A stretch of DNA of 64,000 bases from Chiloscyllium plagiosum. Taxonomy: Eukaryota. The notes under the pieces are model-generated. The model had not been told where the DNA came from. It saw only the letters and a list, made by a program, of their open reading frames with translations, and made no database searches. Below are positions 27,878 through 41,075 of the stretch, one piece after another (position 1 is the first letter of the stretch; each line of letters opens with the position of its first letter). The position numbers and the translations under genes were made by a program. The DNA is taken from assembly GCF_004010195.1 (NCBI RefSeq), contig NC_057720.1:24764901-24828900 (forward strand), read 5' to 3'.

Positions 27878-27948
27878 GGAAGGCTTCCAGTGCGGTGGAT
27901 GGCAATTGAATCCTTAAACTACAGCGTCTATACAACTAAAAGTGACGT
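27878..27948 (+). CDS. tie1: Tie1 kinase exon (GRLPVRWMAIESLNYSVYTTKSDV)
   Basis: tttag| and GT|gtgagt; 71 bp. Confidence 0.96.
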
Positions 27949-28094
27949 GTGAGTAACCACTAATAAGAAAGAGAATTTTGACACTAGTTCAGTTCAAGTC
28001 ACTTTGTATGTTACTCACTGATGTACTAATGCAACCAGTGGCATCTCACCTTGCGTGTAGGCTTTTATGAGAAAATAGGAAGCAACAGTCTTTG

Positions 28095-28200
28095 AGTGGT
28101 TCTGAGGAAGGGTCACTTGACCCAAAAAGTTAACTCTGATTTCTCTCCAGAGATGCTGCCAGGCCTGCTGAGCTTTTCCAGCAATTTCTGTTTTTGTTTC
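28095..28200 (+). mobile_element. Penelope-like terminal fragment with degenerate hammerhead core
   Basis: GTT-CTGAGGA-A-GGGTC-ACTT-GACCC-AAAAAGTTA-AC then ...CTCTCCAGAGATGCTGCC...; the same tail follows the GIY-YIG fragment at 51755. Confidence 0.55.
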
Positions 28201-30579
28201 AAATGGGGCCATTAGGGAAAAGTTAGCACAGTATGCGAGATTAATGCAGTGTAGCATAGAATAGTGCCGACAGCATGGATTCAAAACCTGTATAAGCTGA
28301 GATAATTCTCGGGCTATCTCCTCACCTTGCCCCTAAAGATACCATGATAATGAGCTGCAGTTAGCAAAGCTTGAACATGTAAAATAGAGAATAGAGCACA
28401 TGGAGTTATGCCGTGATAACGTTTCTGGGATGTGATTTTCAACAATCTGTGTACAGGAGAGATGAGGTTTTATGCAGGTACCCATTATAATCCCTGACCA
28501 ATTTTTCTTTCTATTGAACTAAGTCAAAAGCAAGGTCAAGCAAGAATTGCATACTCAGGCCAATCAACTGGACTCTGAAATTGAAAACTGCATCTGTAAT
28601 TTTTGTCGGTTTTAAAGAGATGCTTCCCCCAATTGTTATTAAAAGAATTCCTATCCTGATTCTTTCTTCCATCAAACTAACAATTAAACCTCAATTTCTA
28701 ATGTGGTAATGCCATTTTGTTTATTAGTTTTCTCCTTTAATAAATATTCTTGAAGTTAAAGATTATCCTGCATTTGCACAAATCTAATTGACATCATTGT
28801 ATGGAGAGGTGAGAGTAAACCAACTGTATCTGGTTGTGGTGACTGACTCCGAGCTATTCTATGTCAGAGTGTCTCCTGATACTGCTATCAGCCAGTCAAT
28901 TGGAAGCATGCTAGGACTTATAGCAAGATTCACAGTAAGCAAACAAAATCTATTCATTCGTCAAACAGAGTCCAATTAAACATTGCCGACCATAAAAGAA
29001 AATCAGTGATAGCATCGGTGTGAGATGTACCAAACAGACCTCACAATTTAAAATGATAGAAACTTCTGATTAAAAGTGATTTTTACAGCATATTGAAGCA
29101 AGGTAGTTCCACAACACGGTTTATGTGTCTAAGGTCAATCACAGTAACTTTCAGCAGTGTGATGTGCTGAAATGATTGATGAGGGAGTTTCTTTCCACTA
29201 AGGACTGGAATAATATGTGTCACCGTATGCAGTCATTTTTATAACCGAATGTTTGTTAAAGTATTTAGTCTCTCCATTTCTGCACCCATTCAAATATCCT
29301 TCCAGAGTCACCAGGCCGAAGTTTATCTTCTGCACTGACTGATTTGAAAGCTCAAGGGGCACAAAAATTTAGCAGACTGCTTTCTGCCACATAACTGCCT
29401 CCATTTTATGAGGCAGGGTACCCCATAAAATCCAATCCAATGAGACAAATTGCTAACACAGAATGATAAATAGTTATGTCTTTACCATTGAGCCTTGGGG
29501 AGGTACATCTTGACTGTCATTTTTGGCTGAAATTTGGCTTTATTCTCCATCATTGGACCTTACAGACAGGTCCCTCTGCACTGTCAAATTCATTTCACAA
29601 CTCAAAGCTCTACAGCAGGCATTTCTTAATTGACCACTAATTACAAGTTAATTATGAGAAAGATCATTCAATGCATCTTGATTCATGCATTAGAAAGATC
29701 CCAGCTCCCCCAATTCCAGAATTTATTTGTTTCCTAAATAATCTCGGGATTTGTAATTAGTGTATCTCAAAGTTCCTTTGCATGTGGTAATCATATTTTA
29801 TGCAAAAAGCTCTTGATACCTATTGTTCCTTTTACAAATCTTATCCCAGTATTTACATCCTTTTAATCTTTCTCTAGTGCTTCAATGTCCTTTTTTATTG
29901 TGCGGAACAAATCTTAACCCTCAAAGATTGATTCCAGCCACCACTGGTGCACAGTGGCAATATTGTGTACAGAAGATACATTACAGTAACTCAGCAATCC
30001 TTCCTCCCAAATCTGTGATCTCTAACACTTGGAATGCCAATGGTAGTAGATACTTGGGAATTTACAAGTTCCATTCCAAGCCAAACTCTATCCTGATTTG
30101 AAAATATGTTGCCATTCCTTCAACATCACTGGATCAAATTCTTGGAACTACTTTCCTACCAGCGCTATAGGTGTGCCTGCAAGAGATGAACAGTAGCGAT
30201 TCAGTTGTGAAGGGTAATTAGAGACAGGCAATAAATGCTGACTCTGAAAGAATAATAAAAACATATAGTGCTCCATGTAATCAAAATAAGAATATTGATA
30301 ATAAACCTAATTTTATGTCTACTCTTCCACAAATGAATCTCAACATTTTGTAATCATTATGGCCTTATAACATCTTTTCCTAAACATTTGACGTATACTA
30401 TAGAACATTATTTGCCTTCCCTATAGTTGAACTTTTGTACAGAGGCCTTGCTGGTCCTCTATTGTTTTTTGTTCTATATCTTGTATCCATTTGGTGGCTG
30501 TCATTTACTTAGGCAGACTACCACCATTGAACTTCCTCCTGCCTCTTTCACCATTAAGCTTCTAACCAATGCTTTATAT

Positions 30580-30838
30580 TTAAAAGGAAAAGATTTAAAA
30601 GGGACCTTAGGGGCAACTTTTTCATGCAGAGGATGTTGCATGTATGGAATGAGCTGCTAGAGGAAGTGGTGGAGGCTGATACAATTACAACATTAAAAGG
30701 TATCTGAATGAGTATATGAATAGGAAGGGTTGAGAGGGATATGGGCCAATTGCTGGCAAATGGAACTAGATGAATGTAGGATATCTAGTCGTCATGGATG
30801 AGATGGACTGAAGGGTCTGTATAGCTCTATGACTCTAT
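30580..30838 (+). mobile_element. CR1 3' fragment
   Basis: Matches the 3' ends of other CR1 copies; CTCTATGACTCTAT tail. Confidence 0.8.
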
Positions 30839-32135
30839 ATACTGTTGCAGTTCCTAATACATAGGCTACTATCTAGCAGGTTATGTCTTTACAGCATTCA
30901 TACCTATCTATTTTCCAATAAATATAAGTCTGGCAGTTTTTCTTCTGTCACCTGCTTCTTAATCAAGGTTTCCTCAATGCTATTTCTTCTCAGACCTGTT
31001 TTCTTGATGTTCAGCATCTTAATAATATATTGTTATTCTATTGAATGATCAATTCCTCTCACCCCATTTATCTTTAATTTGGTACTTCAGTGGGATATAG
31101 ATCTAAGAAAGTACTGACACGCACCAATGATTAAATGCTGATGATGCAGAGTGGACCTACACTCCTGAGGAGAAGTTTCTGTAATTTGATATCAAGCTGA
31201 TTCTGCAGGAAATATGACTTCGGTGATGTGCTCATTCGGAACCACGCATGTAAAGATAACTTTTCTCAGGAAGCAGCTGGTGTTCATTCAGCCACAGTTT
31301 GTATCCAGCGGTACATGCCGCAAGATACTCCAAAAGAAAATGTTTCCTGGATTTCTGTTACTTCAGTTATTTTTCAGACTACACCATGCAAACCATGGGA
31401 GGAAAATTGTGCCCAGATAAAGTTAGCCTGATAATAATTCTGAAAGCCTTTGGAGGATCTCAGAAAGCAATTCAGTCTGTTAGCCTCTTAAGCCAAGGCT
31501 GCAGTGCATGAAATATTGAAGGGTCAAGCACAAAATGAAGGGAAAGAAAACTCTCAAGATATAAACATGTTTCCACAGGCAACTGATCGAGCCTCCAACT
31601 AACTAAGTGGTTGTTGTTGAAGAAGCAGTGTTGCTGCATAATACTATTCCTCTGTATGTCTACATAGTACCATTCCCAAGGCTCAAGACAAACAATGGCA
31701 CAAGCAATTCTAAGGAAGCAACATTTGTAAAATAACCTACACTTTAAACTTTTTATCGCATTGCATAGGAAACAATTATAAACTAAAAATAAAACCGATA
31801 TTTGTCCCCTAACAAATATCAGTTATTGCTCAGAGTCATTGCATTTAGAATATCCTACAATCAAAGCCCACTCTTTGCTTGGAAATGTCAAGATAGTACT
31901 CATTATCGATGCTTAGATATTACTCAGAACCATAAGGATTACTCCAGACAACCAGTGACTACTTACTGCATGGAGCTATCAAAATTATTCTCCCCACTGT
32001 CGGCATCCAATTCCTGCTGTTGGACCTGTTAGATTATTACTGTTACTGAGCTATGAGTGATGGCATGCTGTTCAAATTTTATTGTCTGTTAATCTAATTG
32101 CAAATGATTCTCATATGAATTTTATCTTCCTTCAG

Positions 32136-32176
32136 CTGGTCATTTGGAGTGTTGTTATGGGAGATTGTCAGTCTTG
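32136..32176 (+). CDS. tie1: Tie1 kinase micro-exon (WSFGVLLWEIVSL)
   Basis: ttcag| and G|gtaagt; 41 bp; kinase subdomain IX. Confidence 0.94.
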
Positions 32177-32224
32177 GTAAGTGAGATCAACCCACATTTG
32201 TTTTTTGGATTGTATGTTTTTATT

Positions 32225-34378
32225 CTGAATGAAAAAAAGATTTAAAAACTCACCTCTAGCATCACGGCCTGCCATTGTTGTTCCAGCAGCAGGAAGTGTG
32301 GGAGCATTAGGCAGGAGGCTGTCGGGAAAGTGAGCAAAAAATTTTAAAACTCACCTCTAGCATCGAGGCTCGCATTTTACAGGAGCAGAGGCAGAGGTGA
32401 ACACCAGGAGTTGCTGGCAATATATTTGGGCAGTGGGAAGATTGGGAAAACTTTAAAGGTCAACAGAAAGCCATAAAGAAAAGTAAGATAGAATATGAGA
32501 AAAAGCTAGCACAGAATATAAAGACAGATAGCAAAAGTTTCTATAAATACATAAAATGAACTGAGTGGCTAAAGTAAATGTTGGTCCTTTAGAAAATGAG
32601 AAGGGGCAGTTAGTTATGGGATATGATGAAATGGCTGAGGCATTGAACAGGTACTTTGCATCGGTCTTCACAGCGGAGGATACTAATAACATGCCAGTAA
32701 GTGACAAAGAGACAGAGGTAGGTGAGGACCTGGAAACAATTATTATTACAGAAGAAGTAGTGTTGGATAAGCTGATGGAGCTAAGGATGGATATGTCTTC
32801 TGGCCTTGATGGAATGCATCCCAGGGTACTAAAAAAGATGGCGGGAGAAATAGCAGGTGGACTGGCGGATTTTCTAAAATTCGCTAGACTCTGGAGCAGT
32901 CCCAGCAGATTGGAAAATAGCAAATGTGATGCCACTGTTTAAAAAGGCAAGTAGACAAAAAATGGGGAATTATAGACCATAAGCTTAACCTCTGTAGTGG
33001 GGAAGATGCTTGAGTCTATTATCAAGGAAGAAATAGTAGGGCATCTCGAAAGAAATTGTCTCATGGTGCAGACGCAGCATGGGTTGATGAAGGGCAGGTC
33101 ATGCTTCACAAATCTTTTGGAATTCTATGAAGACATTTCAAGCAAGGTGGACAATGGGGACCCAGTGGATGTGGTGTACCTAGCTTTCCAAAAGACCTTT
33201 GACAAGGTGCTGCACATGCGGTTGCTGCATAAAATGCATGATGTTAGGGGTAGAGTATTAGCGTGGATAGAGGATTGGTTAACTGTCAGGAAGCAAAGAG
33301 TGGGGATAAATGAGTGCTATTCTGGCTGGCAATCAGTGACTGGTGGTGTACCTCAGGGATCAGTGTTGGGACCACAATTATTTATATAGATAATTTGGAG
33401 TTGGGGACCACATGTACAGTGTCAAAATTTGCCAATGACACTAAGATGAGTGGCAGAACAAAGTGTGCAGAGGACTGTGAAACTTTGTAGAGGAATATAG
33501 ATCATTGGATGAGTGGGTGAAGGTCTGGCAGATGGAATACAATGTTAGTAAATGTGAAGTCATACATTTTGGGAGGAGTAACAGCAAAGTAGATAATTTT
33601 TTGAATAGTAAAAAGTTGCAGCATGCTGATTTGCAGAGGAACCTGGGTGTCCTTGTGCATGAATTGCAGAAGGTTGGTCTGCAGGTGCAACACGTAATTA
33701 GGAAGGTAAATGGAATTTTGTCCTTCATTGCTTAAGGGTTACAAGCAGAGAATTAATTGCTCAAAGCTGAGAGGTAATGTTACAGCTGTACGAGGTGCTG
33801 GTGAGGCCATACCTGGGGTACTGTGTGCGGATTTGATCTCCTTACTTAAGAAAGGATGTACTGGCAATGACAGGGATACAGAGAAGGTTCACTAGGTTGA
33901 TTCCGGAGTTGAGGGAGTTGTTTTATGAGGACAGGCTGAGTAGACTGGGATTATATTCATTGGAATTCAGAAGAATGGAGAGTGGGGGGAGGTAGGGATC
34001 TTACAGAAACATGTAAAATTATGAAGGGAATCAATAAAATAGAAATAGATAAGATGTTCCCACTGGTAGGTGAGACTAGGACAAGAGGGGATGGCCACAA
34101 GATTAGAGGAAGCAGGTTTAGAACTGAACTGAGAAGGAACTTCTTCACAGAGAGGGTTGTTAATCTATAGAATTCCTTGCATAGGGAAGTAGTTAACGCT
34201 ACTTCAGTAATTATTTTTCAAAGCTAAGGTACTTTTTTGAAGAATTAAGGAATATGGTGAAAACACAGGTAAGTGGAGTTGAGTCCACGAGAAGGTTAGC
34301 CATGATCTTACTGAGTGGCAGAGCAAGCTCGAAGGGCTTGATGATCTACTGCTGCTTCTAGTTCTTATGTTCTTATGA
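32225..34378 (+). mobile_element. Degenerate CR1 LINE (second subfamily, about 2.1 kb)
   Basis: LNRYFASVFT, QHGLMKGRSCFTNLLEF, GVPQGSVLGP, KCEVIHFG; tail TTCTTATGTTCTTATG. Confidence 0.9.
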
Positions 34379-34432
34379 TCAGAATTACGTCTGGGATGCT
34401 CCAGGTCTAACCAAGATTGTATAAAATTGAAG

Positions 34433-34638
34433 AGGAGAAAGTGAGGTCTGCAGATGCTGGAGATCAAAGTTGAAACTTTATTGCTGGAACAGCCCAGCAG
34501 GTCAGGCAGCATCCAGGGAACAGGAGATTCGACGTTTCGGGCACAGGCCCTTCTTCAGGAATGTGCCCGAAACGTCGAATCTCCTGTTCCCTGGATGCTG
34601 CCTGACCTGCTGGGCTGTTCCAGCAATAAAGTTTCAAC
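34433..34638. mobile_element. Short fold-back Penelope-derived insertion with 15-bp target-site duplication
   Basis: Internal inverted repeat; flanked by TGTATAAAATTGAAG at 34418-34432 and 34639-34653. Confidence 0.8.
34527..34562 (-). ncRNA. Putative minimal type I hammerhead ribozyme
   Basis: Minus strand reads AUUC-CUGAAGA-A-GGGC-CUGU-GCCC-GAAA-CG-UC-GAAU: intact core, stem I AUUC/GAAU, stem II GGGC/GCCC, palindromic ACGU in place of stem III. Confidence 0.6.
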
Positions 34639-34654
34639 TGTATAAAATTGAAGT

Positions 34655-35760
34655 ATGACTTCACTATTCCTGCACACAAATCATCTTGCGATAAAGTTAA
34701 TATTCTATTAGCACTCACAATTGTTCGTTGCACCTGCATGTTAGTCTCCAATGACCTATTAACAGTCACCCAGAAATCTTTGTATGTTTACACTTTCTAA
34801 TCTTTTGGAATGCAAGAAGTACACTGTATATGTTCCTCATACTAAAAGCAGATCACCTCACATTTTTCCACATTATATTTCATCTGCCATATTCTTGCCC
34901 AGTTTGAAGACTGTCCAAATCCTTTTGAGGCCACTCTGTATCTTCCTCACAGCACATATTCTGACTTAGCTTTGTGTCATCCACAAGCATGGATATATAA
35001 CATTTGTTCTCCATGTTTAAATCAATATATATTGTGAACAGCTAAGGCCCAAATACTTATCCGAGTCACAGCCTGCCAAAGTGAGAAGCATCTGTTTAGT
35101 TCTAGTCTATTTTTGCATGTTAGCAAAAACCTGCATATTACCTTCACTCCCATATTCTTTAATATTGCTAACCAACCTCTTGAAGGAGACTTTACCAAAA
35201 GCTTTCTGAAAATCCACTATATTCATTGACTCCCATTTGTTAATACTTCTCAAAAAAACTCCCAACAGTTCATTAGACATGATTTTCCATTCATTTGTTC
35301 ATGTTGATTATGTTCAATCAGTTCGTATTGATCCTGGTGTCCATCGTTTATCTCATCATTTTCCCTACAACCTAATGGAAACCAACAGGTCCGTAATTCC
35401 GCATTTTCTCTTTGCAGCTATTCTCAAGTCATGGGTGATATTTTCTACCACTAAATCTGCAGGATCCATTCCAGAATCATTCACTATCTCTCCACTGTTT
35501 CTTTCAACACTGTAGCATGCAAAATGTCAGGTTGTGGGCACGTATTAACCTTTTCTCCCGTTAGATTCTCCAACACACCATTGTTATTCAAACTAATTTC
35601 TTTCAATTCCTTAAACTCCCTAGTCCCTTGGATCTCTAATTTTTGGAATTTGCTTATATTTTCCTTAGTCAAGGCAGGCACTTAATAGTTATTCAGTTCC
35701 TATGTGGTTTGTCCATTCACCATTTTAAATTCTCCTGAGTCTGCCTGCAACAGTGCAGAA
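34655..35760 (-). mobile_element. Old, degenerate CR1-like LINE fragment
   Basis: Residual RT-region similarity in minus-strand ORFs 35484..35681 and 34464..34769. Confidence 0.5.
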
Positions 35761-36004
35761 GAACAATATAATACAAGTCAGAATTTATGAAAAACAAATA
35801 ATCAAGATGCTCAGGGGTAAAAGGCCTCCCTGATTGCTGGCATACAGGCGGCCATCAAGTAATTAGCAATCCTCCCATGTAATAGTAAGACTACAGTACA
35901 GCCTGCAAAATGCTGTAGGCCATTTAATTACAACTAATGGATGTCATAATTATGAAAACTGATCGTCTAGCTTCATGGAGAATAGCCAGGTGATCTACAG
36001 TATA

Positions 36005-36602
36005 GACAAGCAGGAGGCTGGAAGAACACAGCAAGCCAGGCAGCATCAGGAGGTGGAGAAGTCGATGTTTTGGGTGTAACCCTTCTTCATGAGAAGGGGA
36101 GGTGCAATAAAAGAGGGTGGCGGGGTTAGGGTGGTGAAGTGGGGAATAGGTGAATACAGGTTGAGGATATGACCTGGTTGGTCAATGGGAGGAATGCATC
36201 CGGTTGGTGGCAGGGAGTGGTGGAAGCGATTGGGAGGGGCTGGGAAAGGGGTCGGGGGATAGGAAGGGAGGTTATTAGAAATTGGAGAACTCAATGTTGA
36301 GTCCTCCGGGTTGTAGGCTGCCCAGGCAGAAGATGAGGTGTTGTTCCTCCAATTTGCAGTTTGGTTCATTGTGGCAATGGAGGAGGCCAAGGATGGTCAT
36401 GTCGGAAAGGAAGTGGGAAGGGGAATTAAAATGACCGCAGAGGTTCGGTCAGCCCTTGCGGGACCAGCTGAGATGCTCGCCGACCCGTTCCCTAAGTTTA
36501 CATTTGGTCTCACCGATGTAAAAAAGACCACATTGGGAGCACCTGATGCAGTAAACTAGGTTGGAGGAGAGGCAGGTGAACCTCTGTCTCACCTGGAAGG
36601 AC
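36005..36602 (-). mobile_element. Penelope-like element 3' part (GIY-YIG endonuclease plus tail)
   Basis: Minus-strand translation FQVRQRFTCLSSNLVYCIRCSQCGLFYIGETKCKLRERVGEHL; tail with degenerate TGAAGAAGGGTTACACCCAAAACATC. Confidence 0.85.
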
Positions 36603-36814
36603 AGGTAATCTGCAGGTGAGCTGGCCACTGCTGGAGAACCTTTCTGGATTGCATTAGGGAGCAGTCACACATGGTTCCCTTGTATTTTACCAGCACCAGC
36701 AGCCTGCATTCTGGCTACCTGGACAGAAGCCAAGTCCTCTGGGTTATGGTCTGGTAACATCATAACTATGCTACCATTTACATCCCTCTGTGATGTAAGG
36801 TGTAAGATTTATAT

Positions 36815-37630
36815 AGAGTCATAGAGATGTACAGCATGAAAACAGACCCTTCGGTTCAACCTGTCCATGCCAACCAGATATCCCAACCCAATCTAGTCCC
36901 ACCTGCCAGCACCCGGCCCATATCCCTCCAAACCCTTCCTATTCATATACCCATCCAAATGCCACTTAAATGTCGCACTTGTACCAGCCTCCACCACATC
37001 CTCTGGCAGCTCATTCCATACACGTACCACTTCATAACATCTTTCCAATAGAAAGGAGACCAGATTTGCATGCAATATTCCAACAGTGGTCTAACCAAAT
37101 GTCCTGTACATCCGCAACATGACCTCTCAACTCCTGGACTCAATACTCTGACCAATAGTTGAAAGCATACCAAACGCCTTCTTCACTATCCTATCAACCT
37201 GCGACTCCACTTTCAAGGAGCTATGAACCTGCACTCCAAGGTCTCTTTGTTCAGCAACACTCGCTAGGATCTTACCATTAAGTAGTTAAGTCCTGCTAAG
37301 ATTTGCTTTCCCAAAATGCAGCACCTCGCATTTATCTGAATTAAACTCCATCTGCCACTTCTCAGCCCATTGGCCCATCAGGTCCAGATCATGTTGTAAT
37401 CTGAGGTAACCCTCTTCGCTGTCCACTACACCTCCAATTTTGGTGTCATCTGCAAATTTACTAATTGTACCTCTTATGTTTGCATCCAAATCATTTATGT
37501 AAATAACAAAAGGTAGAGGATCCAGCACCGATCCTTGTGGCACTCCACTGGTCACAGGCCTCCAGTCTGAAAAACAATCCTCCACCACCACCCTCTGTCT
37601 TCTACCTTTGAGCCAGTTCTGTATCCAAAA
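36815..37630 (-). mobile_element. CR1 LINE fragment with internal deletion
   Basis: ORF 37286..37633(-) GVPQGSVL...SKFADDTKIGG; 3' tail at 36815. Confidence 0.9.
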
Positions 37631-37699
37631 CATTTATTTTGTATTTTGATATGTGGCTTGTGACATTTGTCTGTCAATGAAGGTGTTCATGACTAACTT

Positions 37700-39865
37700 G
37701 CAAGTATTTACTGTCGGGAAGGACGTGGAAGCAAGAGAACTTGAGGAAATAAATGGTGATATCTTGAAAAGTGTCCATATTATAGAGTAGGAAGTGCTGA
37801 AAGTCTTAAAAAGCATAAAGGTAGATAAATCCCCGGGGCATGATCAGGTGTTTCCCAGAACATTTTGGGAAGCTAGGGAAGAAATTTCTGGACCCCTTTC
37901 TGAGATATTTGCACCAGCAATAGCCATGACTGAGGTGGCAGAAGACTAGAGGGTGGCTAATGTGATGCCATTATTTTTAAAAGACTATAAGGAGAAGCCT
38001 GAGAACTACAGAATGGTGAGACTTAGATCAGTGGTGGATAATCTGAGGGACAGGATTTAGATGCATTTGGAAAGTCTAGGACTGATTAGGGTAGTCAGCA
38101 TGGCTTTGTTTGAGGGACATTGTGTCTCACTAACTTGATTGAGTTTTTTTGAAGAGGTGACAAAGAAGATTGAAGACAGAGCAATAGATGAGGGGAGATC
38201 AAACTGAGGTATTCAAAATAATAAAAGATGTGGTTAAAATAGATGTGGAATGGATGTGTCCTCCTGTGGGACATTCTAGGATGAAAGATCATATTCTTAG
38301 GATAAGGGGGAGCAAATTTAAACCAGAGTTGAGGAGAAACTACTTCTCCCAAAAGGTTGTGAGTCTGTGGAATTTGCCGAAGTGCAGTGGATGCTGGGGC
38401 AGTGTGCAATTTTAAGGAGGAGTTAGACAGATTCTTAATTGGTAATGGGTTTAACGGATATGGAGAGAATGCAGGAAAATGGGAGTGAGGACCATATCAG
38501 CCATTTCCAAATGGCAGAGCAGACCCGATGGGCCAAATGGCCTAAATCTGCTCCTATATGTTATGAACTTATGAATTTATGAGCGTTGTCTGTATGGACT
38601 TCAGTAAAACATTTGACAAGGTTACACATGTTAGACTGGTTAGTAAGGTTAGATCGCATGGGATCCAGTCGAAGCTAGCATTTTGGATACAAAACTGACT
38701 TGAGGAAAGAGAGGGTGGTGGCGGAGGGATGTTTTTCAGACTGGAGGCCTGTGACGAGCGATGTGTCACAAGGATCAGTGCTGGATCCACTGCTTTTCAT
38801 CAATTATATAAATGATTTGGATATGAGTATAGAAGGTGTTGTTAGTAAGTTTGCAGATTACATCAAAATAGGTGTTGTAGCGGATAGTAAAGTAAAATGG
38901 GATCTTGATCAGACGAGCAATGGGCTGAGAAGTAGCAGGTAAGAGATTAATTTAGATAAATGTGAGGTGTTGCATTTTGGTGAGCCAAACTAGGGTAGGA
39001 CTTAAGCAGTAGTTGGTAGGGCCCTGGGGAGCGTTGCTGAACAAAGACACCAAGGGATGCAGGTGCATTGTTCCTTGAAAGTGATATTGCAGATAGACAG
39101 AGTAGTGACGAAGGCATCTTGCATGCTAGCCTTATTTTTTCATAACACTGAGTATAAGAGTTGGGATGTCTCGTTGCAGTTGTCTAAAGCATTAATGGGC
39201 TGAAAATGTGTTGCTGGAAAAGCGCAGCCGGTCAGGCAGCATCCAAGGAGCAGGAGAATCGATGTTTCGGGCATGAGCCCTTCTTCAGGAATCAGATTAA
39301 GACATTAATGGGGTCACTTTTAGAATACTGCATACAATTCTGTTTGCCCTTCTATTGGAAGGATAGTACTAAATTGGAGAAGGTGCAGAAAAGATTTACA
39401 AGGATGGTGCCAGGACTGGAGTATTTAAGCTGGAGGAGATGCTGAATAGGCTGGGGCTTTTTCCCTTGGAGCAATGGAGACTGAGGGGTGACCTTAGGCT
39501 TATAAAATTATCAGGGACATGGATAGGGTAAATAGACAAGGTCTTTTTCTGAGGGTGGCAGAGTTTAAAACTAGAAGGCATAGATTTAAGGTGAAAGGGG
39601 AAAGATTTAAAAAGGATGTGAAAGGTAACTTTTTCACATTGAGAGTGGTGTATGTATGGGGAACAAGCACCCAGAGGAAATCATGGAGGCAAGTTACAAT
39701 TACAAAATTTAAAAGACATCTGGTTGGGTCTATGAATTGGAAGGTTTTAGAGGAATATGGGCCAAGTGCTGGCAAATGAGACCACATCAGATAGGGATGT
39801 CTAGTCAGTGTGGATGAGTTGGACAAAAGGCTCTGTTTCTGTACTGTATCACTCTATGACTCTAT
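37700..39865 (+). mobile_element. Degenerate CR1 LINE with nested insertions (another CR1 3' piece about 38185-38570; Penelope-derived half element 39200-39302)
   Basis: RT motifs resume after each insertion; CATTAATGGG duplicated at 39190-39199 and 39303-39312. Confidence 0.85.
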
Positions 39866-40050
39866 TTCTTAGCTTTTCTTTTGAAACACTGTATGAAAGA
39901 AAAAGAGTTCATGAAGAATGAGGGGCATTTGTTTTGATTACAAGCAAACATTAAATAATTCTTATCAGGTTTCAACCTGAGAAACTCTCTTTAGTTTGAG
40001 ATTGTAGAAATCATGGCTGAAGCTGATTGTATAAGACAGTTGATCCTGAA

Positions 40051-40342
40051 GATTAGATTCCCTACAATGTGGAAACAGGCCCTTTGGCCCAACAAGTCCA
40101 CACCAACCCTCCAAAGAGTAACCCACCCTGACCCATTTCCCTCTGACTAATGCACCGAACACTATGGGCAATTTAGCATGGCCAGTTCACCTGACCTGCA
40201 CATCTTTGGACTGTGGGAGGAAACCGGAGTAACCAGAGGATACCCACGCAGACACTGGGAGAATGTGCAATCTCCACACAGACAATCACCCAAGGCTGGA
40301 ATCAAACCTGGGACCTTGGTGCTAGGAAGCAGCAGTGCTAAC
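40051..40342 (-). mobile_element. HE1/V-SINE-like SINE
   Basis: Family motifs on the minus strand. Confidence 0.85.
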
Positions 40343-40913
40343 CATTGAGCCAGCGTGCCGCCGAAAGAAGAAAGGGGATTATTTCAAACAGTTAAGAAAT
40401 GGGTTCCTTCAGTGTAAAGAGAGTTTAGTTTGGAAGTTCCAGACCAGAAATGATTTGTTAAATTCCAAATGGGTTATTTGAACCTTGGTTGTGTGAAGAC
40501 TCAAGGAAAAGGCTTTTGAATTTGCAAGACAGAGAATCAAAGTCACAACTAAATTAAGCCCTAGACATGTTAGAGAAGGGAGTTCTGCCTGAATGTGTTG
40601 CAAAGAAGTGCTGATGGGATTAATGTGATTGTCTTTTACTGGGCATTTCAAAATGTTATATGTGAATTGTTTGATTTATTCCATTTAATTATTCATTTAT
40701 TTTATGTAACAATATTTTGCTTTATTGTGAAAACCAAATCTGCAGCATTGCATGTTTGTATTTCAGTGAAATTCCGCCTTGTTAGAACAAAACAAAAATG
40801 TGACCTACCCCTTCAGCCTTGTCCAATAATAATCTCAGCTGGGATTACACTGTCTTACTTTTCGAATTTTTTGGCGGCCTGTATTATATGTCATGGACTC
40901 TCATGTTGCTTAA

Positions 40914-41075
<162 letters not shown>

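Noticed and set aside
32225..32365. Repeated AAAACTCACCTCTAGCATC as a CRISPR-like or regulatory array
   Set aside because: Only two copies, at the 5' side of a CR1 element in vertebrate DNA.
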